From the NCBI GenBank assembly GCA_023246225.1, contig JAHFIV010000003.1:1-56591 (forward strand): a DNA stretch of 56,591 nucleotides. Reading direction: 5' to 3'. The position numbers were made by a program, and so were the translations under genes. The stretch is from a bacterium. Lineage in GTDB: Bacteria > Patescibacteriota > Patescibacteriia > SG8-24. Numbering within the stretch: the stretch's first letter is position 1; every line of letters starts with the position of its first letter. The notes below the pieces were generated by a model that did not search any database, was not told the origin of the DNA, and saw nothing but the letters and a program-made list of their open reading frames with translations. This document shows, piece by piece, positions 1-8,539 of this stretch.

Positions 1-8
1 TCAATCAC

Positions 9-689
<681 letters not shown>

Positions 690-696
690 GTTCGTA

Positions 697-2418
697 TTAT
701 TTTGTCGTAGAACCAAGAACAACATCATCACCATCAGCGAGACCAAGAAGCACCTCTGCGTACTCGTTGTCTTCAACGCCGACTTTCACATCGATCTCCA
801 TCAGCTTACCGCCCACCAATTTTTGTACGTACGCGCGGTTCTGTTGTTGCTTCAGTGCGCGAAGCGGCAATCGCAACACGTCGGTTCGTCGTGCGGTTTC
901 AATCGCAAGATTTGCAGTCATACCCGAACGAAGACGCTCATCTTCATTATCGAACACTATTTTTGTTTCATAAAAAATCACGCCTTCTACCACTTTTTCA
1001 GAAGGATTGATAAACGCCACCTTGCCGGTCCACACTTGTTCAGGCGCAAACGCGTCGAGCGTAATCCGCACCGGTTGACCGACCGCAACGCCAGCGATGT
1101 CAACCTCTGAAACGTTCGTAACGATTTCGAATTTTCCTTTTCCGTTCATCGTCACCGCAACAGTGCCCGGTTGCACCGTTTCCCCAACCTCGATCGGCAC
1201 CTCTGTAATCACCCCATCGATCGGCGCAACGATCACCCGTTTTATGTAATCGATCTCCAGACCGGTGAGCGCCGCAACCGCAGATGCGACTTGCGCACGC
1301 TGACTGGCAATCACCTCTGGCCGATTGCCACCTTTCTTTAAATTCAAATCTGCCCGCCCCTGTGAAAGTGCTTTTTCATTTGTATCCACAGCAAAGGTCG
1401 CGCTCGAGAGCGCAGCGATCGCACTTTGCAATGTAATCTGTGACGCCGTCACATCGGCAGCATTTATTTTTGTTTGAAGGTCTAAACTCTGTTTGTCTAC
1501 GCTAAGTGTCTGCATCGCAGCATTTATATTTGAAAGTGCGGTGCTCACATTCTGCTGGTACGTCGCAAGTGTCGTTGCAGATACTCCGCTCGCATAGCTG
1601 AGCACGTCACGAGAAGCTTCAAGATGTTTTTTGATGCCACCTAGATCAGCGATCGCTGGGGCGTATGCCTGTAATGCAGCATCGCTATTTGCCGAAATCT
1701 TCACTGAAGAAACAATATTTGAAAGATCGTTCAGTTTAGTCCTTGCATCAACACGTGTGGACGTCGCGGCAATTTCCGCAGATTGATTGATCGTCCCGAA
1801 GGTCAAAAAATCGTTTGTGGTAAATATCCCACTCGTGAGACGAGACATCGCATCGGAAGCTGCGGTTGATGCGTTATCATAATCAAGAAGAAATGTCGCA
1901 AGTTTTCCACTTATCTGCGTATCTGCTTTTGCGATCGCGTTCGCGTTATTGATCTGCGCATTCGCAAGCGCTTTTTCTGCATCAGATTTCGCAGCGATCG
2001 AGGCGTCGCGTTTGGATGTCGCTGTCGCAAGTGCCGTTTCTGCGAGTGCAAGCTCCTGCGAAGTCGAGCCAGCAAGGAGTTCGTCAAGTCTTGCTTGCGC
2101 AGAAGCGATCACCGCTCGTTGTGACGCGATTTTTGCGCCAACATCACTCGCATTCAATGCAACGAGCACGTCTCCTGCTTTTACCTGCTGACCTTCGATC
2201 ACACTGACCTTCACAATCTTCCCAGACACCTCTGGTTGCAACGCGATTTTTTTGAACGGCGCAATCGAACCTGTGACCGATACCTGGTGCACAACGTCTC
2301 CTTTTGAAATATTCGCTGTTTCGTAGGTGGTTTTCGGACGAGTGACTTTATAGATACCACCGATGACCACCACCGCAGCGATGATCCCTCCGATCAACAA
2401 TTTTTTACTTCGTTTCAT
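697..2418 (-). CDS. Efflux periplasmic adaptor / membrane fusion protein (MacA/HlyD-like) with long coiled coil
   Basis: N-terminal TM; lipoyl halves (SGKIVKVSVIEGQQVKAGD, APIDGVIT...GETVQPG); VSEVDIAGVAVGQ barrel; adjacent to the ABC ATPase. Confidence 0.88.
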   Translation of the reverse strand: MKRSKKLLIGGIIAAVVVIGGIYKVTRPKTTYETANISKGDVVHQVSVTGSIAPFKKIALQPEVSGKIVKVSVIEGQQVKAGDVLVALNASDVGAKIASQRAVIASAQARLDELLAGSTSQELALAETALATATSKRDASIAAKSDAEKALANAQINNANAIAKADTQISGKLATFLLDYDNASTAASDAMSRLTSGIFTTNDFLTFGTINQSAEIAATSTRVDARTKLNDLSNIVSSVKISANSDAALQAYAPAIADLGGIKKHLEASRDVLSYASGVSATTLATYQQNVSTALSNINAAMQTLSVDKQSLDLQTKINAADVTASQITLQSAIAALSSATFAVDTNEKALSQGRADLNLKKGGNRPEVIASQRAQVASAVAALTGLEIDYIKRVIVAPIDGVITEVPIEVGETVQPGTVAVTMNGKGKFEIVTNVSEVDIAGVAVGQPVRITLDAFAPEQVWTGKVAFINPSEKVVEGVIFYETKIVFDNEDERLRSGMTANLAIETARRTDVLRLPLRALKQQQNRAYVQKLVGGKLMEIDVKVGVEDNEYAEVLLGLADGDDVVLGSTTK

Positions 2419-2429
2419 ATTTAAAAAAT

Positions 2430-2891
2430 TTATTCGCAAAGAGAATCACTCTCGGGAGCGAACGCGACGTGCAGTTTCCGTGCAGCGCGCACGAGTATTT
2501 TTCTTTCGCTCTCAGTAAATTCTTTCAACGCGCTCTTTATTTTTCCGAGCGCGGCACGGCGCGCTTGCCACTCAAGCTTCGTGCCGTCTTTGGTGAGTAC
2601 AAGCATGTGCTCCCGACGATTCGTTGGGTTCACTTTTCTGGTGACCAATTTCTTTTCGAGAAGTACGTCGATCGATCGGCTGACCGCAGCCTCAGTGAGT
2701 CCGCGCGCGCCCGCGATCGCTTTCTGCGTGGTACCTGATCGTTTCGCAAGCACACGCAAAATAAAAAATTGTGAAAACGTAAGATCGAATCGTTCGGCGA
2801 GCAAACGGTCAACGCTTCGATCCATCGCGAACACCGCCTTATGCAGGGCGATAACAAACGGTTCAACGTAGTCTTGCTGTACGAGTGGCAT
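2430..2891 (-). CDS. MarR family transcriptional regulator
   Basis: LTFSQFFIL...AAVSRSIDVLLEKKLVTR...NRR...LTKDG winged-helix pattern; precedes efflux genes. Confidence 0.9.
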   Translation of the reverse strand: MPLVQQDYVEPFVIALHKAVFAMDRSVDRLLAERFDLTFSQFFILRVLAKRSGTTQKAIAGARGLTEAAVSRSIDVLLEKKLVTRKVNPTNRREHMLVLTKDGTKLEWQARRAALGKIKSALKEFTESERKILVRAARKLHVAFAPESDSLCE

Positions 2892-2912
2892 AAATACTCC
2901 ACCACCTTACAT

Positions 2913-2942
2913 CAATGATGGTTAACATGTCAACTATCATTG
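2913..2942. promoter_or_regulatory. Near-perfect 30-bp palindrome (probable MarR operator) overlapping the -35 TTGACA of the marR promoter
   Basis: CAATGATGGTTAACATGTCAACTATCATTG, 26/30 self-complementary; minus strand reads TTGACA-N18-TAAGGT. Confidence 0.65.
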
Positions 2943-4019
2943 CAGATGAGCGGCGTTCTTCTCGCAGCCACGATGAATGATTTTCTCTCTCATCGTATGA
3001 GAAAGTGCCGAGGCTCGGCAATGACAAGTGAGACCGAGATACGATGGGAGATTCTTTTCGTCCACCTTTCGTAACATGCGTCGTTTTGTTGTTGTTCGAA
3101 GAATACGAAAATTCGGAAAACAGATGTACCCAAGAAAATCAACGCCCCGGTGGTACCGTTTTAAGATGATCTTTTTCGGATGGAGAGAAAGACGGAGGCG
3201 GGTTTCAAGAAATTCCCCTATAACAGGGAGCAGCTTCTCTAAGAACGCGCGATCGTGGTGGAGCAAAACAAAATCATCGCAATACCGCACATACTGTCGC
3301 ATAACGATATAATGCTTCACGAACTGATCGAGTTCATTCAAATACACATTCGCAAAAAGCTGCGAGGTGAGGTTGCCGAGAGGAAACCCTCCATCAGAAA
3401 AACTTCTTACGACATCAGCGATAAGTTCCAGCGTTTTCTGGTCGTGGATGGTCCGACCGATTATTGAGAGCAAAATTTCCTGATCGACCGAGGCAAAAAA
3501 TTTCGCGATATCGAGCTTAAGTACCCAAACCGTTTTCGTATTATTTCTCGAAAGTTTCCACGCCATCCTCGAAAAACGATCGACCGCACGATGAGTCCCC
3601 TTTCTCTTACGACATGACCATGAATCAAAAATGAATTGCCGCTCAAAGAAAGGCTCGATGACGCGGACGATAGCATGGTGAAGTAAACGATCCGCCACTG
3701 AGGCCTTATGTATCTGGCGACGTTTTGGATCGTGCACAACAAAAGCTTCGTAACTCCCATGCTGATACGTGCCGCCACGAAGTTGGTCATAAAGCTTGAA
3801 GATGTTATCTTCAAGTTTCAATGCAAACTCCTGCATGTCACGTCGTCTCATTTTTCCTCGCTGGAACTCATTCCATGCCGCAAACAAATTCTCTAATGAA
3901 ATAATCCGTTCAAAAATTGTTTTATGAATACTCTGACCCCCCCCGATGCAACTTTGTCCCTTCCGATTTTCCATACTTTCTATGGCTTTCTCCGCCGGCT
4001 TGCGGTAGTACTGGACCAT
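2937..4019 (-). CDS. DGR reverse transcriptase
   Basis: DPKRRQI, DRLLHHA, KGTHRA, LKLDIAKFF, GFPLGNLTSQLFANVYL (DGR-type SQ motif), YVRYCDD, GVDFLGY; true start may be ATG 3974. Confidence 0.95.
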   Translation of the reverse strand: MVQYYRKPAEKAIESMENRKGQSCIGGGQSIHKTIFERIISLENLFAAWNEFQRGKMRRRDMQEFALKLEDNIFKLYDQLRGGTYQHGSYEAFVVHDPKRRQIHKASVADRLLHHAIVRVIEPFFERQFIFDSWSCRKRKGTHRAVDRFSRMAWKLSRNNTKTVWVLKLDIAKFFASVDQEILLSIIGRTIHDQKTLELIADVVRSFSDGGFPLGNLTSQLFANVYLNELDQFVKHYIVMRQYVRYCDDFVLLHHDRAFLEKLLPVIGEFLETRLRLSLHPKKIILKRYHRGVDFLGYICFPNFRILRTTTKRRMLRKVDEKNLPSYLGLTCHCRASALSHTMREKIIHRGCEKNAAHLQ

Positions 4020-4313
4020 GTTCCCAAAAAATCACGCTACACTCTCGGCGCAAAGATTGATACCACGTCACTCGACGTTTTCTAACTCATCCTCAGAGCC
4101 AACCAGGCACGTGGTGAACAACGTCTCGCATTGCTCCACGAAACAAGCGTCGCGCTCGATCTTCTCAAAATCCTCATCCGCCTCGCAAAAGACACGAAAT
4201 CGCTCTCAGAAACACACTACATCTTGCTCCAAGAACCGCTCCAGAAAACCGGAAAAATGCTCGGCGGATGGATAAAAAATCCAGAGGCTTCACGAACAAA
4301 GAATCCCGCGTGA
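3924..4313 (+). pseudogene. avd: DGR accessory variability determinant (Avd/bAvd-like four-helix bundle) with in-frame TAA at 4083-4085
   Basis: Manual translation from ATG 3924: MNTLTPPDATLSLPIFHTFYGFLRRLAVVLDHVPKKSRYTLGAKIDTTSLDVF*LILRAN...LDLLKILIRLAKD...GKMLGGWIK; PKxxRYTLG and GKMLGGW are Avd-like motifs. Confidence 0.85.
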
Positions 4314-4327
4314 ATGCGGGTTCTTTG
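4297..4327. other. Stem-loop just 3' of TR in the minus-strand RNA, overlapping the avd stop codon
   Basis: CAAAGAA-T-CCCGC-GTGAAT-GCGGG-TTCTTTG. Confidence 0.6.
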
Positions 4328-4333
4328 CGAGAG

Positions 4334-4444
4334 ACGATCGAGAGGACGGAAACCGATGTTCTCGTTCCGGTTGTCGGCGTCGTTCCAGTTGACGTTCGAG
4401 AGACCACCGTTGTCCGAGTTCCCACCGTAGAGACGGTTCCGGCT
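4334..4444 (-). repeat. DGR template repeat (TR), 111 bp
   Basis: Reads SRNRLYGGNSDNGGLSNVNWNDADNRNENIGFRPLDR; 9 AAC codons and 26 adenines, none in codon position 3; ungapped match to VR1 and VR2. Confidence 0.96.
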
Positions 4445-4681
4445 CCCTTGCGCGTCATGCCATCTGCGGCAGCACGATTTCATCACCGTTTCCGGCGTAG
4501 TCATCGTTGTATAAGTATGTGGCGACGTATCTTTTGTGCGCGTCGTCTCACACGACGCGCCCGCGCAAGCATCACGCACATCGTTTCTCTTAAAAATGGC
4601 GAACCGGATGTCCGTAGACCCAGTTTCATTAGCCAAAAAAATTCTATCGCCCAAAGGTCCAAAGGTCAAAGGCCAAAGAAC

Positions 4682-7498
4682 CTATTTTTTTGAAGAGAAA
4701 CGACCGAGAGGACGGAAACCGATGCGCTCGTAACGGTCGCCGGCGTCGCGCCAGTCGACGCCCGAGAGACCACCGAAGACCGAGTACCCACCGCAGAGAC
4801 GGCTCCGGCTGTCATATACGTCTTCAAACCACTCATACGTATCGGTGTTTCCCCATTCGGGATACAACGCATTGCCAAGATAATTGTTGTCAATCGCTCG
4901 CGGCAAATGAAACGCCTCGACTGGAATGCCGATCGCATGAGCAAGAGCACTTCGAAGCGCCGGTTGCTCCAAATCTTGAGGACTCAAATTAAAACGCGAA
5001 CCAGGAATTTTGTAATTCTGAACGAACTGTCTATTTCGAAAATCTGCAAGTACAGGTTCAAAAATATCATCAGTATATCGTTGATCGCCATTTTGATACT
5101 GTGGCTTACGGCGTGTATCTACAAGAAGCCATGCGCCAGAAAGTTTGGCAGCGTCAGGTGGAAGTTTCCCCGTCTTTATCGCGTCAAAAAACTCAATCCC
5201 GTATTGCTCTCCAGGAGTAAATTTTTTACCGGGTTTATTTTTCCAACCAGGAAAATTGCTGTCTTCCTTCATTTCTACCGCGGGCACAAAATGCAACTCA
5301 AACCCTTTTTCTTTCCATTCTTTATACTTTTCTGGAGTGGCCTCTGGAGGGAGTGGTGGCACTTCGATCTCTGCGCCAAAAAACTTTTTAATCGTTTCGC
5401 GCTCGCGGTTTATGAGTTCGCGGAATTCTCCTCGGGATTCATGGCCTTCGATACGACGCCGTGCTTCAGGCGGTAGTTTCCCCATGTCAAGCCCATCGAG
5501 AATCGCTTGAGGATCCACGGCCTCCCATGCAAGAAATTGCTCCACGGAAACCAAACGAGTTTTCTCCTTGCGTGCATCCTCCGAATGCACGACGAACTCC
5601 CCTGCGTCAGTGCGTCCAAGCACACGCCAACGCTTCGCCTGTGCACCAGAACCCTCGATACGACTCGCGTCGACCGGCGCTTCCGCGGTCCCCTCGATTG
5701 TATACTTCACGCTTTTCCCTTTAATCACCGCATTACCGTCGGTGATTTTCGGGGTGATCAATTCCTCATAGCGAACACGCGGAGAAAAAAGTCCGATTTC
5801 GCGAGGAGTAAGGACATGGAACTCTGCTTCGGGCTTTTTCTCTCGCGCATCTACCTTTTTGCCAAGCAAGTTAAAATGACCAAAAAAATCTCGCACAAGT
5901 TCGGCATCCGCTTGTGTAATGTCAGCTTCTGCAAGTTTTGCCTCTATTTTTTCTACGAGAAGCTCTTCGAGCGAACCGGTGTATCCTTCCTCAGCAGCAC
6001 GATGAAGCCAGCCGAGGACGACGCCTGGATCCAGCACAAACTTTGCAAGAAATTGCGCCTCTCCCCTATCCTTCAGCACGGTTTCTTGACGAGAAAGACT
6101 CTTGTAGAGCTCCGACAATCCACTCGCGAATCGCCAAACCGCGCCGCCTTTTTTCGGATCCTCATCGAGTTCCCGAATTTTCTTTTTGCCCTCGACACGA
6201 TATTTCCACGCAGGTGAAAGTTCGTCGGTTGCAAAACGAAGACGACGATTCTTGTCCATGAGCGCAGCGAGCATCGCTTCGTAAAGTTCAGGGTTGTTTT
6301 CGCTCTGTTCGGGATAAGGAACGGTCACCGCAGCACCAAATTCTCTTCTCACCGCTACATCGATCGGTTCACGGTCATATCGATCAGAGGATGGGTTACC
6401 GGCCGCCACAAAAAGATAGTTGGGCTGCACATACTGCTCGCCGATGAGCGGAAGGCTCACTTTGTGCCCTGGACGAACACCGGAAACCGTTTTAATGATT
6501 TCCATCTGCACTGCACGCTCGCGTTCATTGAACTCGTCATCAAAATATAAGCCGCCTTGATGACGCGGCTTAACGTCTGCACTCGTTTCTTTGCCGGTCA
6601 GCGCCTGTGCGAGCGCTTTAAAATCAAGTTGAGTCACCATCCCCTCGCCCACACCCTGCTTCACGAGAGAATCTTGCAACCGCGTCGATGGACCACCTTG
6701 CGCCCTGAACGGTTCCATGCCCGTGAGAGACTTCGCGGTCGCCCGCACAAGTGTCGACTTACCTGTCCCCGACTCGCCAAGGAGAAGTACCGGGCGACCG
6801 GTAAGTGCGACGGTTTCGATCTGCTCGAGTATGTCACGACGGCTCGGAAGCCACATGAATCCCTGTGACTCAAATTCAGCGCTGTACCCGGACACGCGCT
6901 CATAGGAAGCCTGGGCAGCGAGGAGAGGAAATTCTGCAAGCATCTCCGTCATATCCCTACGCGCCTTGGGTAACTCGCGAGTAATCTTTTGATACGCAAA
7001 CTTATCCATCTCGCTCACCCGACCGCCCCGCTGTTCGAAGAGTCGACGGCTCGCTGCGTCAAAATCCTCCTCGAGACCACGAACATGCTCACGCAGCGCG
7101 CGAAATTTCTCATAGCTCCCGTTCATCAATTTTTTCTCCTCAGCGTGTCGATCGATTTCAGCAAGGTACGTCGCCTTGGTCTCCGGATCGTTGTACAGCG
7201 AGAGGAAAAACCCTAGTTTCTGATTATCTTTTTCTTCATTTTCGGCGAGGTTCTCTTTGCTCCCCGCATGCGCAACATCGGATTTCACTTCTTGAAACAT
7301 GCTCCACAACATTTCTGCGCGGTGTGCTGGCGAAAGAAAGTCTGCGGGAGTGGCGGCTGATTCTTTCCCCGGAACGATATGACGCTGTTCCAAAAAGAAA
7401 CCGATCGGATCAGCAGCAAGCTCATCTCTGTGCTCGACCATGTGGCCAAGTCCTTTTTCGGATTGTTCACTAGACGATCTCTGTTCAGACATACTCAT
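4682..7498 (-). CDS. DGR target 1: MoxR/AAA_5-type AAA+ ATPase fused to a C-terminal variable (probable CLec-fold) domain
   Basis: Walker A GESGTGKS, Walker B YFDDEFN, sensor-1 AAGNP, DVAVRREF; ends in VR1 (GFRP motif); start trimmed to MSMSEQ. Confidence 0.9.
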   Translation of the reverse strand: MSMSEQRSSSEQSEKGLGHMVEHRDELAADPIGFFLEQRHIVPGKESAATPADFLSPAHRAEMLWSMFQEVKSDVAHAGSKENLAENEEKDNQKLGFFLSLYNDPETKATYLAEIDRHAEEKKLMNGSYEKFRALREHVRGLEEDFDAASRRLFEQRGGRVSEMDKFAYQKITRELPKARRDMTEMLAEFPLLAAQASYERVSGYSAEFESQGFMWLPSRRDILEQIETVALTGRPVLLLGESGTGKSTLVRATAKSLTGMEPFRAQGGPSTRLQDSLVKQGVGEGMVTQLDFKALAQALTGKETSADVKPRHQGGLYFDDEFNERERAVQMEIIKTVSGVRPGHKVSLPLIGEQYVQPNYLFVAAGNPSSDRYDREPIDVAVRREFGAAVTVPYPEQSENNPELYEAMLAALMDKNRRLRFATDELSPAWKYRVEGKKKIRELDEDPKKGGAVWRFASGLSELYKSLSRQETVLKDRGEAQFLAKFVLDPGVVLGWLHRAAEEGYTGSLEELLVEKIEAKLAEADITQADAELVRDFFGHFNLLGKKVDAREKKPEAEFHVLTPREIGLFSPRVRYEELITPKITDGNAVIKGKSVKYTIEGTAEAPVDASRIEGSGAQAKRWRVLGRTDAGEFVVHSEDARKEKTRLVSVEQFLAWEAVDPQAILDGLDMGKLPPEARRRIEGHESRGEFRELINRERETIKKFFGAEIEVPPLPPEATPEKYKEWKEKGFELHFVPAVEMKEDSNFPGWKNKPGKKFTPGEQYGIEFFDAIKTGKLPPDAAKLSGAWLLVDTRRKPQYQNGDQRYTDDIFEPVLADFRNRQFVQNYKIPGSRFNLSPQDLEQPALRSALAHAIGIPVEAFHLPRAIDNNYLGNALYPEWGNTDTYEWFEDVYDSRSRLCGGYSVFGGLSGVDWRDAGDRYERIGFRPLGRFSSKK
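4700..4810 (-). repeat. DGR variable repeat VR1
   Basis: 18 mismatches to TR over 111 nt, 17 at TR adenines. Confidence 0.96.
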
Positions 7499-7554
7499 GC
7501 TTGAAGTACGAAATTTGATCGGACCAAAGGTCAAAAGACCGAAGGCCAAAGAAC

Positions 7555-8538
7555 CTATTTTTTTGAAGAGAAACGACCGAGAGGACGGAAACCGACGTCC
7601 TCGTGCCGGCCGGCGGCGCCGACCCAGTAGACGTACGAGAGACCACCGCCGTCCGAGTTCCCACCGTAGAGACGGTCCCGGCTATCGGCTGTTTTGTCTT
7701 TGAGCCATTCAAGAGTGGTGGTGTTTCCCCATTCAGGCATATGCATGTGCATGAGGAGACTGTTTTCAATTGCGTAGGGAAGGTCGAGGTCTTTGACGTT
7801 CACGCCTAAGGACGCAGCAAGCGCGGTCTGTACCTCTGGCTTTTCAAAATCAGAGCCGCGGATGCCGAAACGGGACTTGGGGTTGGGAACAGCATCGTAG
7901 GGCTCAATGACGGGGTTTGCTCCTCTGCGGAGCGTCTCAAGCGCTTTGCCGATCACCTCATCGTTTGGATATATTTGTGCGCCATTGTCATAGTTCGGTT
8001 TTTGCCTGGTATCGACAAGCATCCATCCCCCAGGGAGTTCGCTGTGGATTTCTTCAGGACCTTTTTCTGGTTTCTTCGTCCATCCAGGGAGCTCTTTCCA
8101 CTTTTTTTTGCCATCTGGGCCGGTTTCACTGAGAACAACGGGGGGAAGATAGTGGAGTTCAAACCCTTTTTCTTTCCATTCCTTGTACTTTTCTGGAGTG
8201 ATCTCTTGTGGGAGTGGCGGAATTTCGATCTCTTTGCCGAAAAGGGTTTTGAGTGCTTCTTGCTCGCGATTGATGAGTTCACGGAATTCAGGACCGGTCT
8301 CCGCAGCCTCCTTCACTTCGATCATCCCCTTCATTTCATCGACCAGGTTCTTAAAACGAAGCTCCTCGGCGGGGGTCGAGGCGCGACTTATGATTTTATC
8401 GCGAAGTGTGGCGATTTCTTCGGCACGCTTCGTGAGTGCAACGGTTTCATCAGCCGACCAGTCGAGTGGAACTGAGGGCTCCGTCGACGGCACCATTCTC
8501 GCTGGCTCCCGCGTCGGTTGTCCTTCGGGATGTGGCAT
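7555..8538 (-). CDS. DGR target 2: stand-alone variable domain protein, paralogous to the C-terminus of target 1
   Basis: Shares EFRELINRE...PPLPxExTPEKYKEWKEKGFELH, DTRxKPxYxNGxQxY, PEWGNT and GFRPLGRFSSKK with target 1; ends in VR2. Confidence 0.9.
   Translation of the reverse strand: MPHPEGQPTREPARMVPSTEPSVPLDWSADETVALTKRAEEIATLRDKIISRASTPAEELRFKNLVDEMKGMIEVKEAAETGPEFRELINREQEALKTLFGKEIEIPPLPQEITPEKYKEWKEKGFELHYLPPVVLSETGPDGKKKWKELPGWTKKPEKGPEEIHSELPGGWMLVDTRQKPNYDNGAQIYPNDEVIGKALETLRRGANPVIEPYDAVPNPKSRFGIRGSDFEKPEVQTALAASLGVNVKDLDLPYAIENSLLMHMHMPEWGNTTTLEWLKDKTADSRDRLYGGNSDGGGLSYVYWVGAAGRHEDVGFRPLGRFSSKK
7573..7683 (-). repeat. DGR variable repeat VR2
   Basis: 15 mismatches to TR over 111 nt, all at TR adenines. 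Confidence 0.96.
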
Positions 8539-8539
8539 A

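Larger units (their letters stand above)
2937..8538 (-). mobile_element. Diversity-generating retroelement: RT, avd, TR and two VR-containing target genes
   Basis: DGR-type RT, Avd-like ORF, and a TR with adenine-specific mismatches to two VRs at gene 3' ends. Confidence 0.96.

Noticed and set aside
2937-4019. RT as a group II intron, retron or CRISPR-associated RT
   Set aside because: No maturase/endonuclease extension, intron structure or cas genes seen; the SQ motif, Avd and TR/VR define a DGR
4083-4085. Stop-codon reassignment explaining the avd TAA
   Set aside because: TAA, TAG and TGA all terminate conserved genes in this window, and known CPR recoding affects TGA
4174-4669. Minus-strand ORFs (94 and 150 aa) spanning the TR
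   Set aside because: An open frame across a TR is expected from its homology to the VRs; no independent coding evidence
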